Shown here in pieces: positions 10,090-20,028 of a stretch of DNA of 64,000 nucleotides. Positions within the stretch are counted from its first letter, which is position 1, and each line of letters starts with the position of its first letter. The stretch is from Eubacteriales bacterium (GTDB taxonomy: Bacteria > Bacillota > Clostridia > Oscillospirales > CAG-272): positions 33,805 to 97,804 of the forward strand of contig JAZONX010000042.1 of the NCBI GenBank assembly GCA_045654725.1, read 5' to 3'. The translations under genes were made by a program, and so were the position numbers. The notes beneath the pieces were generated by a model. That model worked only from the letters and a program-made list of their open reading frames with translations, had not been told where the DNA came from and ran no database searches.

Positions 10090-10470
10090 ATGTATTCACG
10101 AAGCTACTACCCGGAGTCGGGAGAAAGGATAAGCATACCCGAAAACTACGATGGCACGACCTTTTCCGAGAAAGAAAATAGCGAATTCGAGCCCAATGCA
10201 ACCGAGGTTTCCTTTATGAATACAAAGGAAGCATCAATATTCGACAAGTCGCCTCGAAAGGAGGAGTCGCTCCTTGAAGGCATTGGAAGGCTTCCATTTT
10301 TGTCGGGGTTGTTCAATAAAGGCGGAATGCTTTCGGGACTAAATATCAAAATGCCGAAAATAGGCACAGAGGAGCTGCTGATAATAGCCACCGCGGCATT
10401 TCTCTTTTTCTCAAAAGGAGGAGATCGAGAATCCGCCGTTATGCTTCTTCTTTTGCTGTTAGTAAACTAA
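10090..10470 (+). CDS. small hypothetical protein (126 aa) with C-terminal hydrophobic segment, third of triad
   Basis: Starts 5 nt after the previous stop. The C-terminus is EELLIIATAAFLFFSKGGDRESAVMLLLLLLVN. Confidence 0.5.
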   Translation: MYSRSYYPESGERISIPENYDGTTFSEKENSEFEPNATEVSFMNTKEASIFDKSPRKEESLLEGIGRLPFLSGLFNKGGMLSGLNIKMPKIGTEELLIIATAAFLFFSKGGDRESAVMLLLLLLVN

Positions 10471-10531
10471 AAAGCAAAGTATATTTTACATTTTATTGCG
10501 TTTTATAGAAAAATGACTTTTATTTTTCAAA

Positions 10532-10562
10532 AGAGACTGTCTCAAAAATTGGGACAGTCTCT
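10532..10562. terminator. bidirectional terminator between triad and polC
   Basis: Perfect 10-bp stem AGAGACTGTC (10532-10541) / GACAGTCTCT (10553-10562) with A/T-rich flanks. Confidence 0.7.
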
Positions 10563-10576
10563 TAATTTTATTGCTA

Positions 10577-13500
10577 TTAAAACATAGAGAACTGATTTGT
10601 TTCGGAAAGCCCGTCAAGAACGTGGTTTCGTCGCAAAATCTCTATAACAGTCTTGGAAATTCCGGTATGCTGACGAAGATCCTCTACCGAGTAAATATCA
10701 TATTTATCTCTTGCCTCGAGGATTTTTTCCGCAGCGGTCTCGCCAAGTCCGGGTAGCGAGTTCAGAGGCATTCTGATCTTACCGTTTTCAGGAAGGAATG
10801 CCGTTCCGTCGGACTTTTTCAGGTCAACGTTAAGGAACTTCACACCTCTTGCAAGTGCTTCTCTTACGAGATACATTGTCTGGCAGGTTTCATGCTCCTT
10901 CGCAGTAGCCTCGTTACCTTTTTTCTCTATTTCTTCGATTATCGCGTTAACGCCTTCATATCCTCTGCCCACAATCTCGGCGTCAAATCCCCCCGGAGCA
11001 ACCGTAAGGAATGCTGCGTAAAACTCCATAGGATAGTAAATTTTATACCATGCAAGACGGATAGCCGACATAACGTAGGCAGCTGCGTGCGCCTTAGGGA
11101 ACATGTACTTAATCTTCTTACAAGACCAGATATACCACTCGGGAACGCCGTGCTCAAGCATGGCAGACTCCCACTCTGGACGAAGTCCCTTACCCTTTCT
11201 TACCGACTCCATAATGTCGAAGGAAAGCTTATTCTCCATTCCGTGGGCGATAAGATAAATCATAATACCGTCACGCGTTCCCACAACCTCGGAAATCGTA
11301 CAAATTCCGTTTTTGATAAGCTCCTGCGCGTTGCCTAGCCAAACGTCGGTGCCATGAGTAAGACCTGAAATCTGAACGAGGTCGGCAAAGTTTTTCGGCT
11401 TTGCCTCAACGAGAACCTGCTGAAGGAATCTGGTGCCGAACTCGGGAATACCGAAGGTCGCCAGCTGGCTTCCTCCAATATCCGATGGCGTAATTCCAAG
11501 TGGCTTCGTGGACTCAAAGAGCTCATAAATCGTCTTGTCGTTCATCTTAACGTCGAGAACGCTGGTGTTCGTATATCTCTCAAGCATCTTGTACTTGGTG
11601 GGAATATCGTGTCCGAGCTCGTCAAGCTTCAGGATCGTATCGTGAAGATATGAGAACTGGAAGTGCGTCGTTACAGTATCTGCTTTCGGGTCATCGGCGG
11701 GGTGCTGAACCGGTGTGAAATCGTAAATATCATACTCGTTAGGCACAACGATGATGCCTCCGGGATGCTGACCGGTGGTTTTCTTGATACCGTTAATTCG
11801 CGTAGCCATATAGCCAATCTGCGCCTTAGGTATCTTTATGCGCTTGTCCTCGAGATATTTCGCAATATATCCCCAAGCAGTCTTGCTGGCAAGCCCGGTG
11901 ATAGTTCCCGCGCGGAACACATGTCCCTGACCGAAGAGATCCTCGGTATATTTATGTACCTTACCCTGCACGTCACCCGAGAAGTTTAGGTCGATATCGG
12001 GAGATTTATCACCGTAGAAGCCGAGGAAGGTCTCAAAGGGTATATCGTGTCCGTCTTGGTATAGCATCTCACCACAGACGGGACACTTCTTATCAGGCAA
12101 ATCGAAGCCCGAGCCTACCGAGCCGTCGGTAAAGAACTCCGAATATCTGCACTTGGGGCATCTGTAATGCGGAGGCAAGGGATTAACCTCGGAAATGCCC
12201 GACATTGTGGCGACAAAGGACGAACCTACCGAACCACGCGAGCCTACCTGATAACCAAGGCTCTCTGAATATGCAACAAGCTTTACGGCGATCATATAAA
12301 GCACCGCAAATCCGTTATTAATAATCGAGTCGAGCTCCTTCTGAAGTCGCTTTTCAACAATCTCGGGAAGCTCATCACCGTACCAATCGTGTGCACGATT
12401 CCAACAGGATGATACAAGCTCTTCCTTCGCACCTGGAAGATCGGGCTCATATCTGCCCTCTGGGATGGGACGGATTTTCTCGCACATATCTGCGATTTTG
12501 TTTGTATTTGTAATTACAACCTCTCGCGCGATCTCGTCACCGAGATAAGCAAATTCCTCGAGCATCTCATCGGTCGTACGAAGGTAGATAGGCTCTTCCC
12601 TATCGGCATCCTTGAACTTCATTCCCGCAAGAAGAATTCGTCTGTAAATCTCATCCTCTTGGTTCACGAAATGAGCGTCACAGGTCGCGCAAACAGGCTT
12701 GCCGAGCTTCTTACCGAGCTGATAGATGTGTCGGTTTATCTCGCGAAGCGCCTCGTCATCGGCAACCTTTCCCTCGTCTATAAGGAAACGGTTGTTACAA
12801 ATCGGCTGAATTTCGAGGTAATCGTAGAAGGAAGCAATCTCCTCAAGCTCCTCTTCCTTTTTACCGTCAAGAATAGCGTTGTAGAGTTCGCCCGAAACAC
12901 AAGCAGAACCTATAATCAGACCCTCTCTGTGCTGTTCAAGAACGGTTTTGGGAATACGAGGAACCTTCTTCTGTCTTCCAAAGCCACCGTAGTAATTCAG
13001 GTAGCTGAAGGAAATCAGCTTGTATAGATTTTTTAATCCTTCCTTGTTCTTGGCAAATATTATCATGTGATAAGCGTTGAGTTTAACAGGATCAACCGTT
13101 TCGCTCATCGCCGAAATCACGCTCTCAAAATCAAGAATTCCCTCTTTTTTAAGTCTTGAGAGCATTTCAATGAAGATTTTCGCCAGCACCTCCGCGTCAT
13201 CCGACGCTCTGTGGTGGTGGAAATCTCCGATTTTGTAATATTCAACTATTGTATCGAGCTTGTGATTTTTAAGCTCGGGATTTACGTATCTTGAAAGACC
13301 AAGCGTATCAAGGTATGCATTGTTAAACGGAATCTCCTGACGCTCGGCGGCAACACGAATGAATCCAATATCGAAGTTCGCATTATGTGCGATGAGAAGT
13401 TTGTCGCCCACGAACTCGAAGAACATTTCAAGAGCTTCTCGTTCCTTAGGTGCGCCTTTAACATCCTCGTTGGTAATCGATGTAAGCGCAGTGATCTCCT

Positions 13501-14998
13501 CAGGAATTGGCACTTCAGGATCAACAAAAATGTCAAATTTATCGAGGATTTTGCCGTTTTTAATCTTCACAGCACCGATTTCGATTATTTTACAGGTGCG
13601 ATTTGAAAGACCGGTGGTCTCGATATCAAAAACAACCATCTCATCCGAAAATGCGGGATATTGTCTACCGAAAATACACTTTGCGGTATCGTTTACAAAG
13701 TATGCCTCTGTTCCGTAAAGAATCTTAAGGTCGGATTTTGATTTTTCCAGCGCAAGCATAACCTCGGGAAAAGCCTGCACGTTGCCGTGGTCGGTGACCG
13801 CAATAGCCTTATGCCCCCAACGGAGAGCCGTGTCAACAAGCTCCTTGGGAGTGATAATTGCATCCATCTGCGACATGTTTGAGTGGAGATGAAGCTCAAC
13901 TCTCTTCTCCGGCGCATTGTCCATGCGAAGAACGGTTGAAATCTTTTTAATCGCCATGGGTGTAAGCACAAGCTCGCCATCAAATTTATCAATTCCAACT
14001 CTACCAAGCACTGCAATATGCGTGCCGACTTTGAGATCTTTTACCCAATTAATTTCCTCATTTGGTAAAGTTTTCTTTACATATATGGCAGATGCGCCAT
14101 CGGAAATGCCGATTGTGACGTTAATCTTATCACCACTTCTTGTTTCCTTCATAGCAACGTCAAACACTGTGCCAAGATATATTGATCTCGCGTTAGAGTC
14201 GGTCGCATTGGAGAGAGATGTAGGATTTACGATGGCAAAATCCTCCCCAAAAACAGGCTCGCTCTTTGCAAAGCTATATGTAGTCGCGCCCATTTTGTAC
14301 TCTGTTTCACCGATAGCTTCGGCAATTCCGGTCGCAGACGAAATTCCCGACTTTGCTTCAAAATCATAATAAGGGTCGTTCTGTCTGCGCTCTGCCTCGC
14401 GTTCCTCCGCCTGCCTTTGCTGATTTGCGATAAAGCGTTCTCTGTTTTCTCGCTCTGCGTCAATCATCATCTGCTGACGCTTCTTCGCCCATGCCTCCCG
14501 TCTTTCCTCGTTACCCTCGCCGCAAACGACGAGAATTTTACGATCAATTCCATATCTGCTGCGCAGAATGTTCGATAGGATAGACTCGGTGTTCGAGCGT
14601 TTTACAAAATCAACACCCGCACCACAGAATGGAATAGAAACGGTTATAGTTTCACCGTCATCCTCATATTTCGCGTTGGTGAAAAATCCGTTAGTAACCG
14701 CGCCGCAAAGAGCTGCCTCGCAAGCAATTTCGTCGAAACGACTCATATCAAAGCATTCGGGCGCGAAATGAGGCAAAATTTTAAAGCTCTCGGCAGAGTA
14801 AAGTGCCCTGCACTCGTCCTCTATCTCATAGATAAGCTCTGCGTCCTGGTGATCGTCAAAGGAAAGGTCAACCTCAACTCGCATAGGTTCTTTTGTATAT
14901 CTAAAACGCGCAGAATGACCGCGAGAAAGAAGCTCACGCTTCTCTGGCGAGGGAGTGTATCTGGCAAATATATCAAGAAATTTCTTTTCGCCCTGCAT
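10577..14998 (-). CDS. polC: DNA polymerase III alpha subunit, PolC type
   Basis: 1473 aa. PHP motif HLHSNMS, inserted 3'-5' exonuclease domain (VVFDIETTGL ... HRASDDA), and Zn-finger CPKC...CPVCG. Confidence 0.95.
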   Translation of the reverse strand: MQGEKKFLDIFARYTPSPEKRELLSRGHSARFRYTKEPMRVEVDLSFDDHQDAELIYEIEDECRALYSAESFKILPHFAPECFDMSRFDEIACEAALCGAVTNGFFTNAKYEDDGETITVSIPFCGAGVDFVKRSNTESILSNILRSRYGIDRKILVVCGEGNEERREAWAKKRQQMMIDAERENRERFIANQQRQAEEREAERRQNDPYYDFEAKSGISSATGIAEAIGETEYKMGATTYSFAKSEPVFGEDFAIVNPTSLSNATDSNARSIYLGTVFDVAMKETRSGDKINVTIGISDGASAIYVKKTLPNEEINWVKDLKVGTHIAVLGRVGIDKFDGELVLTPMAIKKISTVLRMDNAPEKRVELHLHSNMSQMDAIITPKELVDTALRWGHKAIAVTDHGNVQAFPEVMLALEKSKSDLKILYGTEAYFVNDTAKCIFGRQYPAFSDEMVVFDIETTGLSNRTCKIIEIGAVKIKNGKILDKFDIFVDPEVPIPEEITALTSITNEDVKGAPKEREALEMFFEFVGDKLLIAHNANFDIGFIRVAAERQEIPFNNAYLDTLGLSRYVNPELKNHKLDTIVEYYKIGDFHHHRASDDAEVLAKIFIEMLSRLKKEGILDFESVISAMSETVDPVKLNAYHMIIFAKNKEGLKNLYKLISFSYLNYYGGFGRQKKVPRIPKTVLEQHREGLIIGSACVSGELYNAILDGKKEEELEEIASFYDYLEIQPICNNRFLIDEGKVADDEALREINRHIYQLGKKLGKPVCATCDAHFVNQEDEIYRRILLAGMKFKDADREEPIYLRTTDEMLEEFAYLGDEIAREVVITNTNKIADMCEKIRPIPEGRYEPDLPGAKEELVSSCWNRAHDWYGDELPEIVEKRLQKELDSIINNGFAVLYMIAVKLVAYSESLGYQVGSRGSVGSSFVATMSGISEVNPLPPHYRCPKCRYSEFFTDGSVGSGFDLPDKKCPVCGEMLYQDGHDIPFETFLGFYGDKSPDIDLNFSGDVQGKVHKYTEDLFGQGHVFRAGTITGLASKTAWGYIAKYLEDKRIKIPKAQIGYMATRINGIKKTTGQHPGGIIVVPNEYDIYDFTPVQHPADDPKADTVTTHFQFSYLHDTILKLDELGHDIPTKYKMLERYTNTSVLDVKMNDKTIYELFESTKPLGITPSDIGGSQLATFGIPEFGTRFLQQVLVEAKPKNFADLVQISGLTHGTDVWLGNAQELIKNGICTISEVVGTRDGIMIYLIAHGMENKLSFDIMESVRKGKGLRPEWESAMLEHGVPEWYIWSCKKIKYMFPKAHAAAYVMSAIRLAWYKIYYPMEFYAAFLTVAPGGFDAEIVGRGYEGVNAIIEEIEKKGNEATAKEHETCQTMYLVREALARGVKFLNVDLKKSDGTAFLPENGKIRMPLNSLPGLGETAAEKILEARDKYDIYSVEDLRQHTGISKTVIEILRRNHVLDGLSETNQFSMF

Positions 14999-15056
14999 TT
15001 TTCCTTTCCTTTCTGTATTTTGTCCTTAATTTTCTTTGTTTTGTTATATTTTAAGC

Positions 15057-16133
15057 CTACATCTCCTTGATTTCGGAAATCAGCTCATCAATGATGTTTT
15101 CTTCTTTAATTTTACGGATAATCTCGCCCTTTTTAAAGAGAAGAGCCTCACCCTTACCGCCTGCAATTCCAATGTCAGCCTCGGATGCCTCACCGGGACC
15201 GTTTACAACGCAACCCATAAGAGCGACCTTGATATTCCTTCTGTCGAGCCCTTCGGCACGAGCACGATCCTCAAAGCGCGAAACCAGCGAAATCAGATCA
15301 ATCTGCGTTCTTCCGCAGGTAGGACAGGAAACGATGTCCATTCCCGCGCTTTCAGATACGCCTATCGAGTCAAGTATGGCTCTTGCGGCAGCGATTTCCT
15401 CCACAGGATCATCGGTAAGAGAGATTCTCACGGTATCTCCGATACCGTCAGCAAGAAGTGAGCCTACACCAATGCTACTCTTAACGATAGCTTTCGTTCT
15501 TGCACCTGCTTCGGTTACGCCGAGATGCAAAGGATAGCTCGTCCTCTCTGCCAAAATTCGATTAGCAGCTATCATATTTCTAACGTCAGATGACTTCACA
15601 GATAAAACTATATTAGTGTAATCGAGCTCCTCCAGAAGCGATGCGTGATAAAGTGCCGACTCAGCAAGAGCCTCCGCCGTAGGAGAGCCGTATTTTTCTA
15701 AAATATGCTTCTCAAGTGAACCCGAATTTACGCCTATTCTTATAGGAATAGAACGATCGCGACAGGCACAAACCACCTCGCGAATTTTATCCTTACTGCC
15801 GATATTTCCGGGATTTATGCGTATTTTATCAACCCCTGCCTCGGCGGCGGCAAGGGCTATTTTGTAGTTAAAATGAATATCCGCCACGAGAGGCACTCTC
15901 ACACCGCGAGCTTTCAGCTCGGAGAAGGTCGCCACCGACTCAACGTCGGGCGCGGTAATGCGAACAATATCGCAGCCCGCCTCTTCAAGAGCAAGCACCT
16001 GACGGTAGGTAGCCTCTATATCGTGGGTGTCGGTATTTGTCATGGACTGAATTGACACCGGATTTTTGCCGCCAATAATAAAGTCGCCTACCTTGACCTC
16101 TCTGCTCAATCGTCTGTAATCATTGTATTTCAA
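15057..16133 (-). CDS. ispG: 4-hydroxy-3-methylbut-2-en-1-yl diphosphate synthase
   Basis: VSIQSMTNT, RINPGNIG, and Fe-S cysteines CPTCGRT ... GCVVNGPGE. Confidence 0.92.
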   Translation of the reverse strand: MKYNDYRRLSREVKVGDFIIGGKNPVSIQSMTNTDTHDIEATYRQVLALEEAGCDIVRITAPDVESVATFSELKARGVRVPLVADIHFNYKIALAAAEAGVDKIRINPGNIGSKDKIREVVCACRDRSIPIRIGVNSGSLEKHILEKYGSPTAEALAESALYHASLLEELDYTNIVLSVKSSDVRNMIAANRILAERTSYPLHLGVTEAGARTKAIVKSSIGVGSLLADGIGDTVRISLTDDPVEEIAAARAILDSIGVSESAGMDIVSCPTCGRTQIDLISLVSRFEDRARAEGLDRRNIKVALMGCVVNGPGEASEADIGIAGGKGEALLFKKGEIIRKIKEENIIDELISEIKEM

Positions 16134-16147
16134 GATCTATTCTCCCT

Positions 16148-17200
16148 TTAGGTGAAAAGTACAAAAATGTCCTTAATCATAACAACCGCCGACAGTCCAA
16201 GCAAAAGCAAAAGACCAATAGCGTTGATGCTTGACTCGATTTTTGCCGGGATTTTCTTTCGTGTTATCATCTCGTAGAGAATCATAACAATTCTTCCGCC
16301 ATCGAGGGCAGGAAGAGGAAGAAGATTCATAACTCCGAGATTCATACTGATAAGTCCAACAATGCTTAGCAAGGAAATTGCTCCCTGTCTAGCGGCAGAC
16401 CCAATAACCTCGGAAATTCCAACGGGACCCGAAACAGCCGCTAGAGTGTATCTTCCCGTCATCAAATCAATTATCGATTCCCAGCACATTCTAACAATGA
16501 GTGCCGATCTTGAAAGTGCGTAATTGACAACCGTTCCAAAATTCTTTTCCATCCTGTAAACACGGAAATCCATTACACCAAAGTTCTGTCCCTGTTCCTC
16601 TGTTGTCGGGAAAACGACGTCACGTATCATCAATTTTCTGCCATCGCGGACAACCACAACGTCAACCGGCGCTGTTCCCTTTCGCATAATCTCGTAGGAA
16701 AGCTCGTCGGCAATTTTTACTCTCTTACCATCAACGCTGAAAATCGTATCGCCGGGCATAAGTCCGGATTCATCCGAGCGCACCTCAAGATCGTCGTAGT
16801 ATTCCCCGATGGGGAAATCCGCAATTGTTGTGCCTCCGATATTGATGAATGACGTCAAAATCACAATTGAAATCACGCCTGCGAGGATATTTATGAATGC
16901 GCCTGCGACGGTGATAATAAGCCTTTGCCAGCAGGGCTTCTTATGAAATGCGTTAGGGTCATCGCTCTCACCGTCCTCGCCAACCATAGCAACGTATCCG
17001 CCAAACGGAATGGCAGAGAGCGCGTAGCGAATTTTCGTTTTTTTCGAATCGTACCACAGAAGCTTCGGACCCATACCAATTGAAAACTCAGTTATGGTAA
17101 CCTTGAAAATTCTCGCAAAAATATAGTGACCGAACTCATGAATGAATATCAAAAAGCCGAAAACTAAAATCGCTATAATAATCGTTCCAATAACGCCCAA
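16148..17200 (-). CDS. rseP: RIP (site-2) zinc metalloprotease RseP family
   Basis: HEFGH zinc motif in TM1, central PDZ-like region, C-terminal NLLPLPALDGG. Confidence 0.9.
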   Translation of the reverse strand: MGVIGTIIIAILVFGFLIFIHEFGHYIFARIFKVTITEFSIGMGPKLLWYDSKKTKIRYALSAIPFGGYVAMVGEDGESDDPNAFHKKPCWQRLIITVAGAFINILAGVISIVILTSFINIGGTTIADFPIGEYYDDLEVRSDESGLMPGDTIFSVDGKRVKIADELSYEIMRKGTAPVDVVVVRDGRKLMIRDVVFPTTEEQGQNFGVMDFRVYRMEKNFGTVVNYALSRSALIVRMCWESIIDLMTGRYTLAAVSGPVGISEVIGSAARQGAISLLSIVGLISMNLGVMNLLPLPALDGGRIVMILYEMITRKKIPAKIESSINAIGLLLLLGLSAVVMIKDIFVLFT

Positions 17201-17215
17201 TTATTTTTTCTCCAA

Positions 17216-18364
17216 TCAGTTAATAAATTCCTTTGTAATTCTGCGAGCCTCTCTGTCGAAGGAGATAATCTCCTCTAGACTCTTCGCATATCTCGCGCCA
17301 CCAAGAGCCTCGTAGGTTTTTATAACCACGCGAGGAATGTCGGCAAAGGATATTTTTTGCTTAAGGAATGCTTCAACGGCAACCTCGTCGGCGGCATTGA
17401 GCACCGCGGGGCATCCACCGCCGCTGAAGAATGCGCGTCTTGCCATACCCAAAAGCGGGAAGGTGTCATAATCGGGCTTTGCAAATGTCATTCTGCCCAG
17501 CGCGGTGAGGTCCAAAGGCTGAGCCTTGCTCTCGCATCTGTTAGGATAATCCACAGCATACTGCACACACATACGCATATCCGGTACGGAAAACTCGCCT
17601 ATGATACTGTTATCAATATACTCAACTGCCGAGTGAAGTATGCTTTCTCTGTGAATTACAACCTCAATTTTGTCGGGATTTACCGCAAAGAGGTGACATG
17701 CCTCAATTACCTCAAATCCCTTGTTCATCAGGGTGGCAGAATCCACGGTTATTTTTTTACCCATTTTCCATGTGGGATGCGCGAGAGTATCTGCGAGCGT
17801 AATTCTCTCAAGCTCGGCACGACTCTTTCCAAAGAAGGGACCTCCCGAGGCGGTGAGAATAAGCTTTCTGATCTCCTCCTGTCTGCCCGAATGAAGCGAC
17901 TGAAAGATAGCAGAATGTTCGCTGTCGACGGGAATAATTTCAACACCCATCTCGCGCGCATAATTCATAACAAGCTCACCCGCGATAACGAGCGATTCTT
18001 TGTTCGCAAGAGCAAGTCTTTTTTTCGCCTTTATGGTGGCAATGGTGGGGGCAAGACCTGCCTCACCGAGAATAGAGTTCACCACCGTTTCGGCAGAGCT
18101 CTGCATAATGGCCTGACAAATTCCCTCTCTGCCCGACACAACCTTAATGGGAGTGTCTCGAAGCATAACCTTAAGCATGCGAGCAGAGCCCTCGTCTGCC
18201 ATAGCAACCACAGAGGGCTTAAATTCACGGGCAGCTGCCTCTGCAGCCTTGCAGTTTTTAGCCGCCGTGATCAAATCTATTTTGTATCCTCTCGCTCTGG
18301 CTACATCGAGGGCCTGCTGACCCACCGAGCCCGTTGCACCGAGGACTGCAATCGTCTTGTTCAT
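17216..18364 (-). CDS. dxr: 1-deoxy-D-xylulose 5-phosphate reductoisomerase
   Basis: N-terminal LGATGSVG NADPH motif, LANKESLV, and PVDSEHSAIFQ. Confidence 0.93.
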   Translation of the reverse strand: MNKTIAVLGATGSVGQQALDVARARGYKIDLITAAKNCKAAEAAAREFKPSVVAMADEGSARMLKVMLRDTPIKVVSGREGICQAIMQSSAETVVNSILGEAGLAPTIATIKAKKRLALANKESLVIAGELVMNYAREMGVEIIPVDSEHSAIFQSLHSGRQEEIRKLILTASGGPFFGKSRAELERITLADTLAHPTWKMGKKITVDSATLMNKGFEVIEACHLFAVNPDKIEVVIHRESILHSAVEYIDNSIIGEFSVPDMRMCVQYAVDYPNRCESKAQPLDLTALGRMTFAKPDYDTFPLLGMARRAFFSGGGCPAVLNAADEVAVEAFLKQKISFADIPRVVIKTYEALGGARYAKSLEEIISFDREARRITKEFIN

Positions 18365-18381
18365 AATTTTTCTCCGGGATT

Positions 18382-18416
18382 AAAAGCCGCCTCTCGTATT
18401 GAGGCGGCATTTTTGT
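18382..18416 (-). terminator. GC-rich hairpin between cdsA and dxr (possible internal attenuator or RNA-stability element)
   Basis: Stem GCCGCCTC (18386-18393) / GAGGCGGC (18401-18408). On the minus strand it is followed by TTTTAAT. Confidence 0.45.
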
Positions 18417-19262
18417 TTATGCAATAGCGAAGGGAGGAAATACTACGCAGATGATAAGAAGGATTGTCGAAACTGCCATAACCGAGTCGAAGCGATCCAA
18501 AATTCCTCCGTGTCCGGGGAATATTCTGCCGTAATCCTTAACGCCGTACTCACGCTTGATGAGAGAGGCAATAAGGTCGCCCAACTGGGAAACAACAGAG
18601 AGGATCACACCCGAAACACCTATTACAATATAATTTACGTCAATTCCCTCAACTATCATATCAACGCCGTAGCCGTAGCCGAGGCAAAGAAGAGTCGAGA
18701 AAACGATTCCACCGATAGCGCCCTCAACCGTCTTTTTGGGGCTGACCTCGGGGATAAGCTTGTGCTTACCGATCAGCGATCCAACCACAAAGGCAAATAC
18801 ATCGCAAAGCCATGCAACCGCAAATACCAACACGATTATAAACAGACCTACCGATCGGTCAAGATATCGCAGCATAGACAGAGCTGTGAAGGAGGTGGTT
18901 ATGTACATAACCATAACAAACAGCTCGGCAACACGGGTAAAGGGGATTTTACCCTTTGAAAATACGCTGACTCCCATAAGCCACATCATATAAACAAACA
19001 TTGCCGCCGCGAGTACTAAAAGAAATCCAATAGCCTCCGCTTTGTCAACGAAGTAAGCAATTATGGGAAAGGCTGCGGCAATCAGATATGCAGGTATAGC
19101 CAGAATCATTTTCTTCTGCGACTGCATCACTCTGAACATTTCAAATACGGCAATAACCGCAAGAATTGACAGGGCTATGGGATAAACGAGATAATCTGAA
19201 AAGGCGGCAAGCAGCAAGCCGACTACTACAATAGCAATCGACGTTATTACTCTGTTTTTCAT
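18417..19262 (-). CDS. cdsA: phosphatidate cytidylyltransferase
   Basis: Polytopic membrane protein with the C-terminal CTP-transferase signature SLIKREYGVKDYGRIFPGHGGILDRFDS. Confidence 0.9.
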   Translation of the reverse strand: MKNRVITSIAIVVVGLLLAAFSDYLVYPIALSILAVIAVFEMFRVMQSQKKMILAIPAYLIAAAFPIIAYFVDKAEAIGFLLVLAAAMFVYMMWLMGVSVFSKGKIPFTRVAELFVMVMYITTSFTALSMLRYLDRSVGLFIIVLVFAVAWLCDVFAFVVGSLIGKHKLIPEVSPKKTVEGAIGGIVFSTLLCLGYGYGVDMIVEGIDVNYIVIGVSGVILSVVSQLGDLIASLIKREYGVKDYGRIFPGHGGILDRFDSVMAVSTILLIICVVFPPFAIA

Positions 19263-19265
19263 TGT

Positions 19266-20006
19266 TTAACTATTTGCCTCGCTTTCAATATCTTCAGGAT
19301 TGAGTCCGCCGAACCTACGCGTTCTGCGATTAAATTCGGCAAGACAGTTGTCGATATCCTCTTTGCCAAAATCCGGCCAAAGAGTATCAATTACAATAAT
19401 CTCAGAATATGCACACTGCCAAAGAAGGAAGTTGGATATACGACAGTCGCCGCCGGTCCTGATGATAATATCGGGATCGGGAGATTTTGCCGTATACATA
19501 TACTTCGAAAGAATCTCCTCGGTAAGCCTTGTATGACCGTCTGCCATAGCAAGATTTGCCGCGTTAACTATCTCGTCACGCCCTCCATAATTGAGGGCTA
19601 CGTTACACACGAAGGGTCTGTCCTTCGCCAGATCCTCGGCTGCTATACAGGCATTTCTGAGCTTTTCGGAAAGAGCAGATTTATCCCCGATAAAGTTTAC
19701 GCAGATATCCTTCTCCTTCTTGATAGTTCTCATAACGGGACCGCTCACGTACTCGTACAGCAGATTCATAAGCGCATCAACCTCCTCCTTAGGCCTCTTC
19801 CAATTTTCGGTTGAAAAGGCGTAAAGAGTCAGATGATGAATATCGTATTCACGGAAAAGCTTCAGAATAGATGCAGTTGCCTTCGCCCCTGCCTTGTGTC
19901 CTTCCTTGCGCGGAAGACCTCTCTGCTTTGCCCACCTTCCATTACCATCCATAATGATAGCAACAGAATCGACCTTTTTTGACTGGTCTATAATTTCTTT
20001 ACTCAA
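19266..20006 (-). CDS. uppS: isoprenyl transferase / undecaprenyl diphosphate synthase
   Basis: IIMDGNGRWA, TLYAFSTENW and RTGG motifs. Confidence 0.92.
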   Translation of the reverse strand: MSKEIIDQSKKVDSVAIIMDGNGRWAKQRGLPRKEGHKAGAKATASILKLFREYDIHHLTLYAFSTENWKRPKEEVDALMNLLYEYVSGPVMRTIKKEKDICVNFIGDKSALSEKLRNACIAAEDLAKDRPFVCNVALNYGGRDEIVNAANLAMADGHTRLTEEILSKYMYTAKSPDPDIIIRTGGDCRISNFLLWQCAYSEIIVIDTLWPDFGKEDIDNCLAEFNRRTRRFGGLNPEDIESEANS

Positions 20007-20028
20007 TTTATTTCCTCTTTCGTGAGAG

